From the NCBI GenBank assembly GCA_047967505.1, contig CM106538.1: 64,000 nucleotides of DNA; one strand, 5' to 3'. This DNA is from Dipteris shenzhenensis. Taxonomy: Eukaryota. This document shows positions 14,483-27,700 of the stretch, one piece after another (the first letter of the stretch is position 1; every line of letters begins with the position of its first letter). Under the pieces are notes generated by a model. It saw only the letters and a list, made by a program, of their open reading frames with translations. It was not told the origin of the DNA and made no database searches. Both the position numbers and the translations under genes were made by a program.

Positions 14483-14700
14483 TGTATCTTTTAAATATAT
14501 ATATATATATACATTACATTTCAAAAAAATAATATGTAGTAAAAGAAAGAGTTTTAAACATAAATAATGTTTTCCTTCTAGCAATCCATTTATTTAGGTA
14601 AAATGTAGTATGTTTAAATTTTATAAAATGGGTTATGATCATATTTTATTTTCTTACTCAAACAACCTAGGTGCCATGTATCTTATATTAAAAACACATA
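9400..14700. repeat. AT-rich higher-order subrepeats with (TC)n tracts, probably Helitron interior
   Basis: Blocks starting 'acctaaaacaaa' at ~9438, 10151 and 11207; ~220-bp subunit 'atgtgctcaagaatttgatgttatgtaagtcgcatcatag' recurs; (TC)n at ~10058, 12671, 13151 and 14414. Confidence 0.7.
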
Positions 14701-16929
14701 AACATGCACGTGTATGCCTATAAACACGTATATTTATACGAAACATAAATATGTTTTTTAAATTTTATTTTTCGCAGTTGTGAATATGACTATGGTCATT
14801 GTTCCAAACAATGAAGAGGACGTTGATGATATAGTCATGTCATCAATCCTTGAAAGACAAAGTCTTTGAAAATTGAAAGGAATCGCAAGGCAATTTTCTT
14901 CCACATGTGAAACCCAAAAAACACATAAGTGAATGTCATTTTCTAGTAAAAGAAAATTTGACATCACAAAACATCATAAGTCTATAGGTAAACAAGAACG
15001 TCTGCATATAATGAGATGATTGACAATTCCAAAGAATTACACATAACAACAAAACAATCCACCAAGCTCCCTTCATTTTCAAGACAAAACCATATTGTCT
15101 TTGAAAACAAGTTAAAGTTCATTCAAGATTTGTGTGAGTGCAACAAACATGTTAATTCTATCAATTCAATATATTTGAACTCCTTATGGAGCAAAATAAA
15201 TTCTGATGATGATAGAGCAATAAGAAAGAGCAAGGGGAAATCATTTGAAAATATGAATGTGAGGATTTGCCACATTGAAGATAGCGTGAAGACAACAAAC
15301 AACCACATGCAATATCTTCTATAGGAAGAAGTAAGGATGGTTCTGTCGTGTGTGAGAATGGATCTAGGTTGCAAGTCAACATCTCAAAGGAACAAGTTAA
15401 AATGTTGTGCACTAAGGTGTCAATGTTTAAAGTTAGCTTGAATCAAATGGCAGCAATTATGACAAAAATGAGTCGTAAGCTGGACCAAGGTGCAACAAAT
15501 GGCATTTGAACTTACCTTAGAATGTCTTTATTGATATTGAATTTGAAACAAGAACATTCCATAAAGTTTATTAGATTACTAATCATTAGTTCATTTAGTA
15601 TGATGATGAGCTTAATGCATCTCTTACTAAATAAATTTATATTTAGAATTTGAGCAATCTATATTTTTCTCTTTTAGAATTTCAAATTGCTCAATTTTCA
15701 TTAGCAATAACAACAATTTGTAGATGCTCCATATTATCTTAAAATTGAAACATAATTTGTAAGAGAAATTTAGTTATATTTAATGCTCTTATTATATAAT
15801 TCCTTTGACTTTTTCAAAGGATAAAATGAGCATTAAAATCTTATTAGTATATATTAAATCCTTTTGGTCTTGATAATTTTACATAAATTACTATAGCGAT
15901 AAGTTTTAACATGCAAAACCTCATGGAGTTGATATGTTTACATTAAATTGTAACATTGCTCATAAGAACCCATTAAAAAAATAAACTCTCTAGAACATAA
16001 GACTTCTTTAGGTGTCCCTCAAAATTAAAGCAACCCAGTATGAAAGAATATAATAATTATCATATACATATACATTTATAGTGAAGTATTAACTACTTTA
16101 GTAAGCTAATTATCAATGTCATAATTGAAATAATAGAGTATTAAAACATTTAAAAACTCTTTTATTACATAGCTTTAAAAAAACATCTACATACAATGAG
16201 AGTTTTGGGAAGAACAGACTTACACCTATATAACAAAAAGTCCATGAATTATTTTAAATCGGATGACAGCTATTATGACAATAATGCCTCATAAACTATA
16301 CCATGGTGCAAGCCATGGTTAATGATTTTACACTGGTAGGTCTATTTTGAAATTATATTATGAGCAAAATTCTCTTAGATAGCTCATACGTAGATCCTTT
16401 TAGTATGATTCATTTGCAATAACAAAAAATTAAAAAGTAGCTCAATGTAATCTACAAAAGTGCAGCAAATTGTGTAACGTCAAGAGAGATATAGAAATAT
16501 ATATAGTCCTATTGGTTTTCAAAAGATGGTGGAACCAGAATCATTACATCTTCATAGGAGAAGAATTTTGCAATTGACATGTAAAGCACATCCTCATCTT
16601 GCTAGACAAAGAGCAATCGTCAAATTAAATACAACTACAAACGTAATGAGAAATGTGGAATATTTCTCTAATGGAGCAGTGAATTTGCAAGAATATCAAT
16701 CTCTAGAAAAAAATGCAACAGAGAATCCAATCACAAGTAGAAGGATAGCTATGCTTACAATTAGGTCCTCTACATGATCAATAGTAAGAGAACGCATTGC
16801 CAAAAACATTGGCACCATTTCAAATAAAGATGAGTGTCTCTCTATCCTCTTTCAATTTCCTTTAAAAGATGATATACATCACCCATATTTGTATCCATTG
16901 GTGTTTTGTACTCCTCCACTTCAGTCACA

Positions 16930-19558
16930 CTAGGACCTATAAATCAAATTTGTAGTTTCTGCAAGGCAAAATTATGGAATCAAGAGACAAGAATAAACAC
17001 GCATCAGGTTGTGGGAAAGCACTCCTATAAAGTTGGTGGTGTAAACTTTATTACCATTACAAGATCCACCAAAAAATCTTAAAAGCAGCTTAATTACATT
17101 CTTAATTACATTGTAATAACTCTAGAAGCAAAGCATTTAAGAAGAACATAAGGGCTTACAATAGTGTGATGGCTTTTGTCTCCCTGGGTGCTCAAATTGA
17201 TGAAAGGTTTTCAAGAAATAGAGCTATAATGAGGATGCAGATAGAAAACCCTATAGAAGGAAAAAGTGAATCAAACAATCCAAATAATGGCATCATAGAT
17301 GAGATTAGCATGTATTTAGATGCACATTATGTGTCAGCATCAGAAGTATTCTGAAGGATTTATGAGTATGAAATGCACGATGAAAAACCAGATGTCCAAA
17401 GATTGCAAGTTCATCTTCCAATGTTGAAGTGTAATATTTCGAGATAATGATGATTTGCAAAATGTGGTAGATAGGGAACAAAATAGAAAAACTACTCTTA
17501 CAAAATGGTTCCAATGCAATGAATTGCAATACGAAGCAAACAATCTACTTTACAGTGACTTTTCAAAAAAATAGATTTAGAACAAACCAAACAAGAAATG
17601 GACCAAAAGAAAACCAAGTAGCAGTATTAGCCAAATGTACAATGTTTTACCATATGTGCTAGAGAGCAATACTTCATGCATATATTACTAAATAGCAAGG
17701 GTTTTAACTGCTTTGAGGATTTGCGAACTTTCGACAGACAGCTTCATCCTTCATTCAAGGCAGCATGCTTAGCTAGATGTCTATTGGAAAGTGATGAAGA
17801 GTGGTTTGTGTGTATGCAAGTGGCTTCGTTCTATCAAAATAGCATGCAATTATGACATCTATTTGTCACAATTTTGGTCTTCTATGAGCTTGCATCTCTA
17901 GGCCCTTTATGGGACAAATTTTCATGGACACTTTTAGATGATCATTTCCATGCATTGCAATTAAGTGTGGATAATATAATTGATCATCGTTCAATAGCAG
18001 AAAAGAAGTCATAATTGCATTTACAACAAATTCTTCAAAAACGTGACAAAAGGTTGGTAGATTTTGATGGATTACCTATTGTAGATGGAATGTCTTTCTC
18101 TAATTCAAATGATTTATTCCAAGAGGAGAGGATGTTTGATTCTATGCAACAGAAAGAAATTTCTCAAGACATGGAAAGAACTCTAAATGATTGTCGGCGC
18201 TCCGCTTCAATCAAATTTTGGCAACAATATATTAAGTGATAGGTGAGGTTTTTTTTCTTGATGGTCCAAGAGGATCTGCAAAAACCTTCCTCTATAATTT
18301 TTTGCTCTCTCGGCTGCATGGAGAGGGACATATTGCTTTAGCATGTGCATTTTCAGGAATTGCAGCATTATTACTAGCTAATGTACACATAGCATACCCA
18401 CGTTTCAAGATACCATTGGATTTGCATGCTAGTAAGAGTTAACACCAACCTTGCAAATGTTATAAAGGAGGCAAAGGTAATAATATGGGATGAGATAGCT
18501 ATGACACATCACTATGCCTTCGAAGCATTGGATAGGACATTGCAAGATATCATGTCTAATGATAAACTTTTTGGTCGAAGGTAGTGCTATTGGGTGGAGA
18601 TTTCAGACAGGTGTTGCCAGTGGCTCTAAAGACTGAAAGAGAGGAGATTGTCGATGCTGCATTATGCCACTTAAGAATTTGGAGAAGTCTTAAAACTCAC
18701 AAAAAATATGCGAGCTCTTCAAATTGGTGAAACTTTAATAGAGCAAGAATTCATACAGTGGGTTATAGACCTAGGAAATGGAATAAGAAGAGATATGTAG
18801 GAAGGCAAGATTTTACTTCCGAACACAATTCTTCTAGAGACGAATTCCATGGAAGGCTTAATTGAGTGGGTTTATAAAGTACTTTCAATAGTTACAGATT
18901 ATGCATCAAATTTTAGAGAACATGCTATTCTAGCACCTCGAAACCTTGAAATTGATACAAGCAACAGTGCTGCAATAAATTCAATGCCAGGAGATGGTAA
19001 AGAGTATCTAAGTCAATAAATGATAGAGGTGCAAATTCATTTTTATATGCAACAGAGTACTTGAACAACCTCCTTGAACTTGGTGTTGGATACCCATCTC
19101 ATCGAATTTTTTTGAAAAAGAATGCTCCAATCATGTTGTGTAATATGAATCCTCGCAAGGATTTGTGCAATGGGACAAGATTAATATGCAAAGACTTTCA
19201 CACAATGGTACTAGAGACTGAAATAATTAGTGGAGCTAATATCGGAGACAGAGTATTCATTCCAAGAATAACTTGTATTCCAAGTAATTTGCAACTTCCA
19301 TTTGAGATAAAAGGGAGGCAGTTTCCCATTCGTCTAGCATTTTGCATGACAAGAAACAAATCACAAGGTCAAACAATGTTTGTTCTAGGATTATACTTGG
19401 CAACAGTAGTGTTTAGTCATGGGCAACTGTATGTGGCTTTCTCATATGTACGATCATCAAATATTGTCAAAGTATTTGTTCAACAAAATGCATACGAAGC
19501 CAATGCAAAGGATTCAAAATTCATCTACACTACAAATGTTGTATACAAGGAAGTTTAA
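16930..19558 (+). pseudogene. Helitron RepHel remnant (partial Rep N-terminus plus PIF1-type helicase)
   Basis: 'CSFCKAKLWNQE', 'NIRAYNSVMAFVSLGA', 'IDEISMYLDAHYVSASE', 'FFLDGPRGSAKTFLY', 'WDEIAMTH', 'GGDFRQVLPV', 'LCNGTRL', 'RQFPIRLAFCMTRNKSQGQT', 'VFSHGQLYVAFS'; many stops and frameshifts. Confidence 0.92.
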
Positions 19559-20199
19559 TAAGTGCAACCACTACACATTGTGAGTATCTTTGTTACCTTT
19601 CTATAATAAGTTTTTAAAAAAGTTTATAGTATGCAAGTACTTAAAATATAATAGTAGAAATTTTTAATTTTTATTAATAATACTATATTCAACAAAACAT
19701 TAAAATATATAGGCATATCACATATAGTGGATAGCTCCAATAGCGCTAAATTATTGATTGATCTGCTCATTGGAGATCTTTGGAGATGAACCTCACGAGT
19801 AGGACCTCTCTCCACTTTTTGTAAAAACCCCAAGGATGGGATCTCTTTTGTAGGAGACCTTTTGGATAAGATTCTCTACACTTTTCAGATGGACCTCTTG
19901 AGTCTCTACACTTTTTGAAGGGACCTCTATACTTTTTGGGAGGACCTCAGAAAGTGTAAGCTCTTAGTCTCTCTCTCTAATTTTAATCTTTCTCTCTCTA
20001 GATCTTGGTTTTACAAGTATGATTGGATATTTTTTAAAGAGAATTTTTAGCTATCCTCATTCTTTTAGATTCATCATACCATCTATCAAGCTCAAGATAT
20101 TACAAGCAGAACTTCTCTACGACAAAATAATCTCATCTTCATTGCTCTAGACTGTGCTTCTGACCCTTGTTGCCACAGGGTTAACACGGCAAGAAGCTA

Positions 20200-21850
20200 A
20201 CAAGGGAACAAAGTTCATTTTCCCAAAAAAAAGGGTTGCTCATAAGACCGCAATCCCTTCTCTTTCAAGAATAGGATGGTACGTGTAAGAGATGCCTAAG
20301 GTTCAAAGGAAGATATCTTCCACCCTTTTATTGCATGTCCTAATGCAAGGAGGGTTTTGAAAAAACAAGGTAGGAGAGCCGGTAAACTTCAAGGCCATAC
20401 TATTAGGACATGCTCGTAAACTCAAAGCTAGAGTGTGGACTAAACTAAGAGCACATGCAAAACAGTCATAAATCATGCCAAAACAGGCTATTTCTCCTCA
20501 GTGAGAACAATAAGAGCCCCTAAATGGAAACATTATCCCAGACTCTCAGCCCTATGCAATCATGAACCTTGCACTACTAAAGGGAGTCAACTGTGAAAAA
20601 CCCACTGGTCCTCCTTTGAAGCCATCAAAAGTTACATTGTATTCTCAGGCAAAGCAGCTTTTATGAACATAGATTCAATATGGGTGTCAATGGTTTCAAA
20701 GAAATACTCTCTTGAAGACAATGACTTCCTCAAAGCCAACCTGCTGTTCAAAACAGGGCTCCAAAGTTGGTGCCAACTCTTGGTCACAAAATGATGGAAA
20801 ACCTGGCCTGAAATTAGAAGGGAGTTCGTACTATCCAATCAAGCTCTAGTACTGACACCCAGTGGAAAGGGGTCAATACTGATATATTGGAAAGAATTCA
20901 GTTGGGTTGGATGTGCTCATTCTTCCCCCATACCAACTCCCATGAATCAGGAATTTTATAAAGTGCTGATTACAATATGCAAAATATGACAGCAAACATA
21001 AGTGAAAAATAGATTTCTTCAAATGAGAAAATGTCCACTCTACAATGGTTAATTTTGCATAAGGCTGTCTAGACAAATTGCAGGGGTGAGGTTGTTGGCA
21101 AAGGTGATGGTATGTGTAAGAGATGCCTAAGGTTCAAAGGAAGATATCTTCCACCCTTTTATTGCATGTCCTAATGCAAGGAGGGTTTTGAAAAAACAAG
21201 GTAGGAGAGCCGGTGAGCTTCAAGGCCATACTATTAGGACATGCTCGTAAAGTCAAAGCTAGAGTGTGGACTAAACTAAGAGCACATGCCTTGTGGTGTA
21301 TTTGGGTTTCCAGAACTAATCTGCAGCTTAGTGGTGAGCTTAGCAATTCTGAGGAGGAATTCATGAAATGGTTTTGCAAAAACAGGGCTGCTGTAAATCT
21401 CTAAGTTCCCGTTTGTTCTCCCTATTAACTTTCTTATCCTGTAATGGACTTGGACCAAGCTCACAAGTTCATTGATCAACAGATTTTCAACTACCATGAT
21501 GCCCTTGCTCAGCTCCAGAATAAAATTGTTGCTCATGATCAGCTCTATGGTACATGTAAGGTGATGAGATGGTTCTTTAGACTTCAAAGTCTTCTGTTCT
21601 CTACCAGGTCAAAGAGGAAATACAGTAATTTTGTGCAGCTTGCTATTATTACTTCTGTTTACTCAGGGCTACCCAAGAGGTCCGACACTACACAAATTTT
21701 TTTGTCAAGCTTATCTAGAAGACCGTTTTGCTTACTGGGGTTGGAAAATTTTGTAATGACGAACGAGAATGTAATACTTGATCTTTGATCTGATGATATA
21801 ATATACATACACTTTTTTCTGCCCAAAAAATTAATAATAATAATAACAAA
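20200..21850 (+). mobile_element. L1-like LINE 3' fragment
   Basis: zf-RVT-like 'CKRC' and 'LRAHALWCIWVSRTN'; T-rich 3'UTR and A/(TAA)n tail at ~21824-21850; internal ~185-bp duplication. Confidence 0.65.
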
Positions 21851-22562
21851 AGGATTGCAATAGACTAAGGGCAACAAATCATAATATTTTGAACCACTTG
21901 AGATTTGGTTTCAGGGGGATGGAGTTTTCAGCTAATACCTGAGACAATGATAAAAACACTTGCACGGTAGCACAAAAAAAGTAAGCAACTTGCGTGCAAA
22001 TCCAATTCACAGTAAGTAAGACGATTAGAACAGGGAACACAATCTTAAAGCATCCCTTTTCAGAATATTTACAGGGATGAACTGTTCAGTGGTACCCTCC
22101 TTTCAATTCAACGATTTTTCTCATACAAAATACACGAAACATTAGGAGGTGCTGTACTGCAGTTATAATTAAGCACAGGGTGACACATAGGGGTACTTGC
22201 AAATACAACTTCAAGATTGCTATTTCAGGATCATCAGAGATACAGGAATTCCACATAGGCTTTTAGCAAGATATCACACCCTTGTGCTAGACAAACCTCA
22301 TCTGTTGATAAAGAATCATAAGGAAAGCTTGACCACATCATACTTTTGAGCTACTAGTACAAGTACTCATAGGACTGTAGCATACATCATGATGTGATTG
22401 CATGGACCCAAAGACTAGTGGAGTTTTGTGCCATCGCCCCCTGAGAGATGCAGGAATGCTCAACGCAGAGGCTATGTGTCATCTTAGTCGTGTGTATACA
22501 GACAGATACTCTTCCTTCATGTACATCAGCATAAGGGAGAATGGCACGACAAAACAAATTTG

Positions 22563-22766
22563 CTACCTTGAAGGATTTCTCGGACTAGCATTTTTCCCAT
22601 GTGCACCCCTCTGTGGCCTTCGGCTCTTCAACGACCCAGTGCTTCCAGTTTGTGCCATGTCCATGACTATAAGATTAGGATTTGAAAGAGTGTCTTTCCA
22701 TGTCTTATTTGATTGCCCTGTACTCTGTATGGGATATCCGTTTGCTGCATTTAAGCTTCTTCTGTC
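22563..22766 (-). CDS. terminal exon (DRRSLNAANG...PRNPSR*)
   Basis: Acceptor gatgcag|GAC, phase 0 matching the upstream donor at 34254; 68 codons including stop. Confidence 0.75.
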   Translation of the reverse strand, partial: DRRSLNAANGYPIQSTGQSNKTWKDTLSNPNLIVMDMAQTGSTGSLKSRRPQRGAHGKNASPRNPSR

Positions 22767-23699
22767 CTGCATCACAATATTGCCAAGAGGGAAAAATAGA
22801 AAAGAAAAAGGGAGGACATCTTCATGTCAGGATTCCCTGATCTTGGAACAAGAAGACACAGAATAGTTGCTTGCATTTTCTGCAATTTGTTTGAAGTATA
22901 TTACTGCTAAAAATCAGAAAATACCATAATATTCCAAAACACTATAGCATTAGACTCAAAAGGTGGGCCTTTCTTCATTTCCCCCTGCTACTCCAGTTCC
23001 AGCAGCGGGACTTTGCCAAGTCAGACTTGGGTGTCGTGTCAACATAAAATATTGCTCTTATACATCTTTATCAACTTAACATCAGCCTCCATGTCAATAA
23101 GTCACAACCTTTGTCACCATGAGGGATATGCATCCAACAGGCAACTCGGTATAGGATCACTCAAAAAGGCAAGCAAAGGCAAATAGTGGGATTGAAGGTT
23201 TTTCAGAATTTGAATTGAGAAGCAAAGAGGCCAAGGTGGAAAATGTCATATTACAAACAAACAAGTATTAAATCCACTGCTGATCACATGCCCCAGGGCT
23301 AACCCTTACCTATATAACCTTGCATCGTAGAGTATGTCCTTGCTACAAATGGTATAATCAAATTAACACGCCCCATCCACTTCTTAGTACATTTAACAAC
23401 TTTCAATGTTGCATCCAATAAGCTCAATACCAGCTCTGATAGCTAGCGTTTGTGGAGACGTACTTCGGGTTCTTATTACTGAAGGAGTTAAGGCAGCATT
23501 GAATCCCTCATTTTGAGAGAGAATGCAGAATGTGTTTTAACAGGTTATCTTTTGGGACCATTACCCTCGTTTTTAGTTCAGGTTCTTGTTTGAGTTAGTT
23601 CAGCCCACTCTGGATTTCCCACATGGAAAACGAAAATATAACTTATTCTGATGCAAGAATGCCTGTGGGAGTTGGTTTCTGGGGGTGAGAAACTCCTTT

Positions 23700-24300
23700 T
23701 TCAGCTTCAGCAGATTTCAAATTTTGGAAGCAATGCAACCAGAAGGCGAATGTTGTATTGGCAATTCCTTTATCCATGACGTTGATTTCAAATCAATAGT
23801 GCACGAGATCTGGAGAGTGCTAGAAGGTATATTTGATGATAAGATTACCAACTAAAGTGTTTTTAGAGATTAAATTTTATGAGCTGAAAATGTCAGAAAG
23901 TGATAAACTTAATGATCACTTGGCTGCGCTGCACTTCATTATCAACCAACTCCTTGGTCTTAAAAGTGAGCCAAATGATGAGGTTACAATGGTTGTCCTC
24001 ATCAAGATTACGAAGTATGTAGCACGTTTTCTGTCATCTTTGGAAGTGCTATGTGTGGCTTCAATTACTTTTGAAGACTTGGTGGCCTTGAGAAGGATCG
24101 AAGAAACAAGGAGGAAACCTCTAGGAGAGAGGAATCCCCAGACATTGCCCTTGCATCATCCTCTTCAAACTGGAGGAGGGGTTGAAAGAAGATACACTGC
24201 CTCTATTGCAAACAATTTGGACATAAGGAAGCTTTTCATTTCAAAAACAGGAAAAGGAGCAACAAGAGCACCATGGTAACCTTGTTGCAGGTGATGAAAC
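23700..24300 (+). pseudogene. degenerate Copia gag fragment
   Basis: 'FYELKMSESDKLNDHLAALHFIINQL' (UBN2-like) and a decayed knuckle 'CLYCKQFGHKE'. Confidence 0.6.
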
Positions 24301-24706
24301 AGAAAAGGAATCGAGCATGGACACATTTGAAACCAATGCTTGTATCCTTCAGGAACTCAAGATGAAGATTCTGTTTTTTGAGCTCTTTATTTGTTTTAGG
24401 GTATTATGTGAGGGTCAATAAGGGTTCTTTGTGTTAAGAAATGGAGTCAAGATGAGTGAATTTGGTGTGTTCTAGTTGAGTTCTAGTCCAGTGTGTCCTA
24501 TGGATGCCACGTGTCACATTGGGAGCTATCCCATATGCATTGGTGCTCATATGTGTGTGTGTGCTCTACATAAGAGTTTTACTTGTCTAGTCTCAAAGGA
24601 ATCAAGTATCAAGCCTACAAGCTCTTTGGTCTACATGTGAGTACTTTCATTTTGTTCATTGCTCTTGCTATTTCATTTCCATTTCATTATATCTCTCTTT
24701 GAGTAT

Positions 24707-27700
24707 ATACCTAGATGAATCCAGGAACATTCCCAAACTCATCCTCTTAAAACACAACATAGTACAGTTTCAATCTCACAATAGTCACTCATAAGATTGA
24801 AAACCATAAACTTCATCACGCATAGCAGGAACTAGCTACTATGACATCCCCACTGAAGTCAACAACGCCTAACAGTGGGTGTAGACCATAGTATAAAAAT
24901 ATGCTCTCACACATACTTGAGCATCCATTTATACAAAGTCTTCGTACTGAGTTTCTGTCGGCACTCCGGAGGTGAAGGGCAAACTCAGCCATGACGAAGG
25001 CTAGCACTAAAGGACAAGGCTAATCAAAAAGTAGTCCAAAATCTCTTCATTCAAGCTACAACTGCTTGTGAAGTCTAAACGGTTTCATTTTAGTCTCTCC
25101 CAAACGAGCATCTAAATCTAGCTCATAGGGCAGCGCACCATTTAAGATAGAAAGAATTATTGCAATACCAACAGGCCGCAACTTGGACGAAAACTTCACA
25201 AGGTGAAATTTGCATGTCCGCTAATACGACAGAAGCATATACCTAGATGAATCCAGGAACATTTCCAAACTCATCCTCTTAAAACACAACATAGTGTTCA
25301 GTTTCAATCTCACGATAGTCACTCATAAGATTGAAAACCATAAACTTCATCACGCATAGTAGGGACTAGCTACTATGACATCCCCACTGATGTCATCAAT
25401 GCCCAACAGTAAGTGTAGGCCATAGTATAAAAATATGCTCTCACACATACAAATCCACACACCCATACATATTTGAGCATCCATTTATACAAGTCTTCGT
25501 ACTGAGTTTCTATCGGCACTCCGGAGGTGAAGGACAGACTCAGCCATGACAAAGGCTAGCACTAAAGGAGAAGGCTAATCAAAAAGTAGTCCAAAATCTC
25601 TTCATTCAAGCTACAACTGCTTATGAAGTCTAAACGATTTCATTTTTGTCTCTCCCAAACGAAAATCTAAATCTAGCTAATAGGACAACGCACCATTTAA
25701 GATAGAAAGAATTATTGCAATACCAGCAGACCGCAACTTGGACGAAAACTTCACAAGGTGAAATTGGCATGTCCGCTAATACGACAGAAGCATATACCTA
25801 GATAAATCCAAGAACATTTCCAAACTCATCCTCTTAAAACACAACATAGTGCACTTTCAATCTCACGATAGTCACTCATAAGATTGAAAACCATAAACTT
25901 CATCACGCATAGCAAGGACTAGCTACTATGACATCCCCACTGACGTCATCAGCGCCCATATGCTCTCACACATACAAATCCACAAACCCACACATACTTG
26001 AGCATCCATTTATACAATGTCTTCGTAATGAGTTTCTGCCAGCACTCCGGAGGTGAAGGGAAGACTCAGCCATGACGAAGGCTAGCACTAAAGGAGAAGG
26101 CTAATCAAAAAGTAGTCCAAAATCTCTTCATTCAAGCTACAACTGCTTGTGAAGTCTAAACGGTACTCTAAGGTGGATGAAACCTATGTGGAGACGTGAT
26201 GAAGAGCGTGTTCATGACATGTACCTCAAGTCAATTAGGTTCCAAGATAGATTAGCTTGGACTCATAAAGATAGTGTAAAGTGCTTGATTGATATTACTT
26301 CAAATGAACCTCCCTTTTATAGGTGAGGATACTTACATCCATATGCTTGCTCACATGTGGGATATCTCCTCCATGCCATGTGGCAGCTTGCCCTTTACTC
26401 ATACCTTTGCTCTACATGTACCACAACTCTCAACACCTCCCCTTGGTGCCATGATCCTTTGGCTACTGCAAGGTGGTCAGATGTGAGATACAAATCCATC
26501 ACCTCCCCTTAGCGCATGAATTGCTACTTAAGGTGTTCAAGTGTGGTTTACATGTCCTCTCAGGTGGTCAGGTTTGATTTACAAACATCTCAACTAAAGG
26601 TGGCAAGGTTTTTGTTTCTCAATACTTGATGTTAATGGCGTTCGCTTCTTTGCTTGATGTAGCTTAATGCATGATGCTTTGTTCTTCCATGTGCCTTAAT
26701 GCTTTATGTGTGGATGCCATGTTCTGTGCTATGGTCATCTCATGCACTTATGCTTTTCGCATGCTTATGACACCGATGTGTGCTTTGATGCTTTGATTTG
26801 TCATTTGTTGCAAAGGTCTTACCAATTGATTTCTTTCAATATTCTCAGGTGGTCAGGTTTGATTTACAAACATAGGCAAGGTTGGCAAGGTTTTTTGTTT
26901 ATCAATACATTCCATTGATGTCACCTTTTGGCTCATGGCTTGATGACGATAGCGTTTGTGTCTTTGCTTGGTGTAGCTTCATGCATGATGCTTTGTTCTT
27001 CCATGTGCCTTGATGCTTTATGTGTGGATGCCACGCTTCGTGCTATGGTCATCTCATGCACTTGTGCTTTTGGCCTTATGACAACGATGTGTGCATTCAT
27101 GCTTTGCTCTTCCATTTGTTGCAAAGGTCTTACCAATTGATTTCTTTCAATATTGGCAGTGTCTAATGATTCTGACTTGACAGGCACGTAGAGCTCAAAA
27201 AGGCAATCACTTTTCCTTTTTGGAGCATGGCCAAATTCTTCTTGGATTACAAGTTATGGCTTGTCGAAGATTCTGTGAAGAAGAGGACCTTTGATGATGT
27301 GGCACAGGGATTCACATGCTGAATTCCATACTGTGCTTAGCAAGGGACTCTGTGCTTAGGTGGCACTGTGATGCACCTTTTAACCTAGATTAGTTAACCT
27401 AGGGTTACACAAACTGTACCATGATTAAATTAACCCAATTAGCTGAACTCAACCATAGTTAATTTTTGACTACCTTATCTGCCACGAATCCTTATTTTAA
27501 GGAACCTTGGAGATTTGAAGGTTTGTTGTGCAGGGAAGGTCGACGACGGATGAGCGGCTTCGACGAAGGGAGCTCGAGGAGCTACGAGCTGCGCTGACGG
27601 AGTGAGCCCCTGTAGAGAAGCCGGGTATGGGCTTGAGAAGCTTGGGAGCTGCGAGAGATGGAGGAGCTCAGGAGCTGTGAGCTATGGCGCAGAACGTGGG

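Noticed and set aside
12527-14584. ORFs with RERERE/SLSLSL runs
   Set aside because: Translations of (TC)n microsatellites
25160-25240. HDV-like or hairpin ribozyme (hairpin followed by GCTAA; ACAGAAGC)
   Set aside because: No compatible P1/P3/L3 pseudoknot and no matching RYN*GUC substrate strand
24707-26163. Hammerhead ribozyme (CTGATGA and GAAAC present on the minus strand)
   Set aside because: Could not build stems I-III with a correctly placed core and NUH site on either strand
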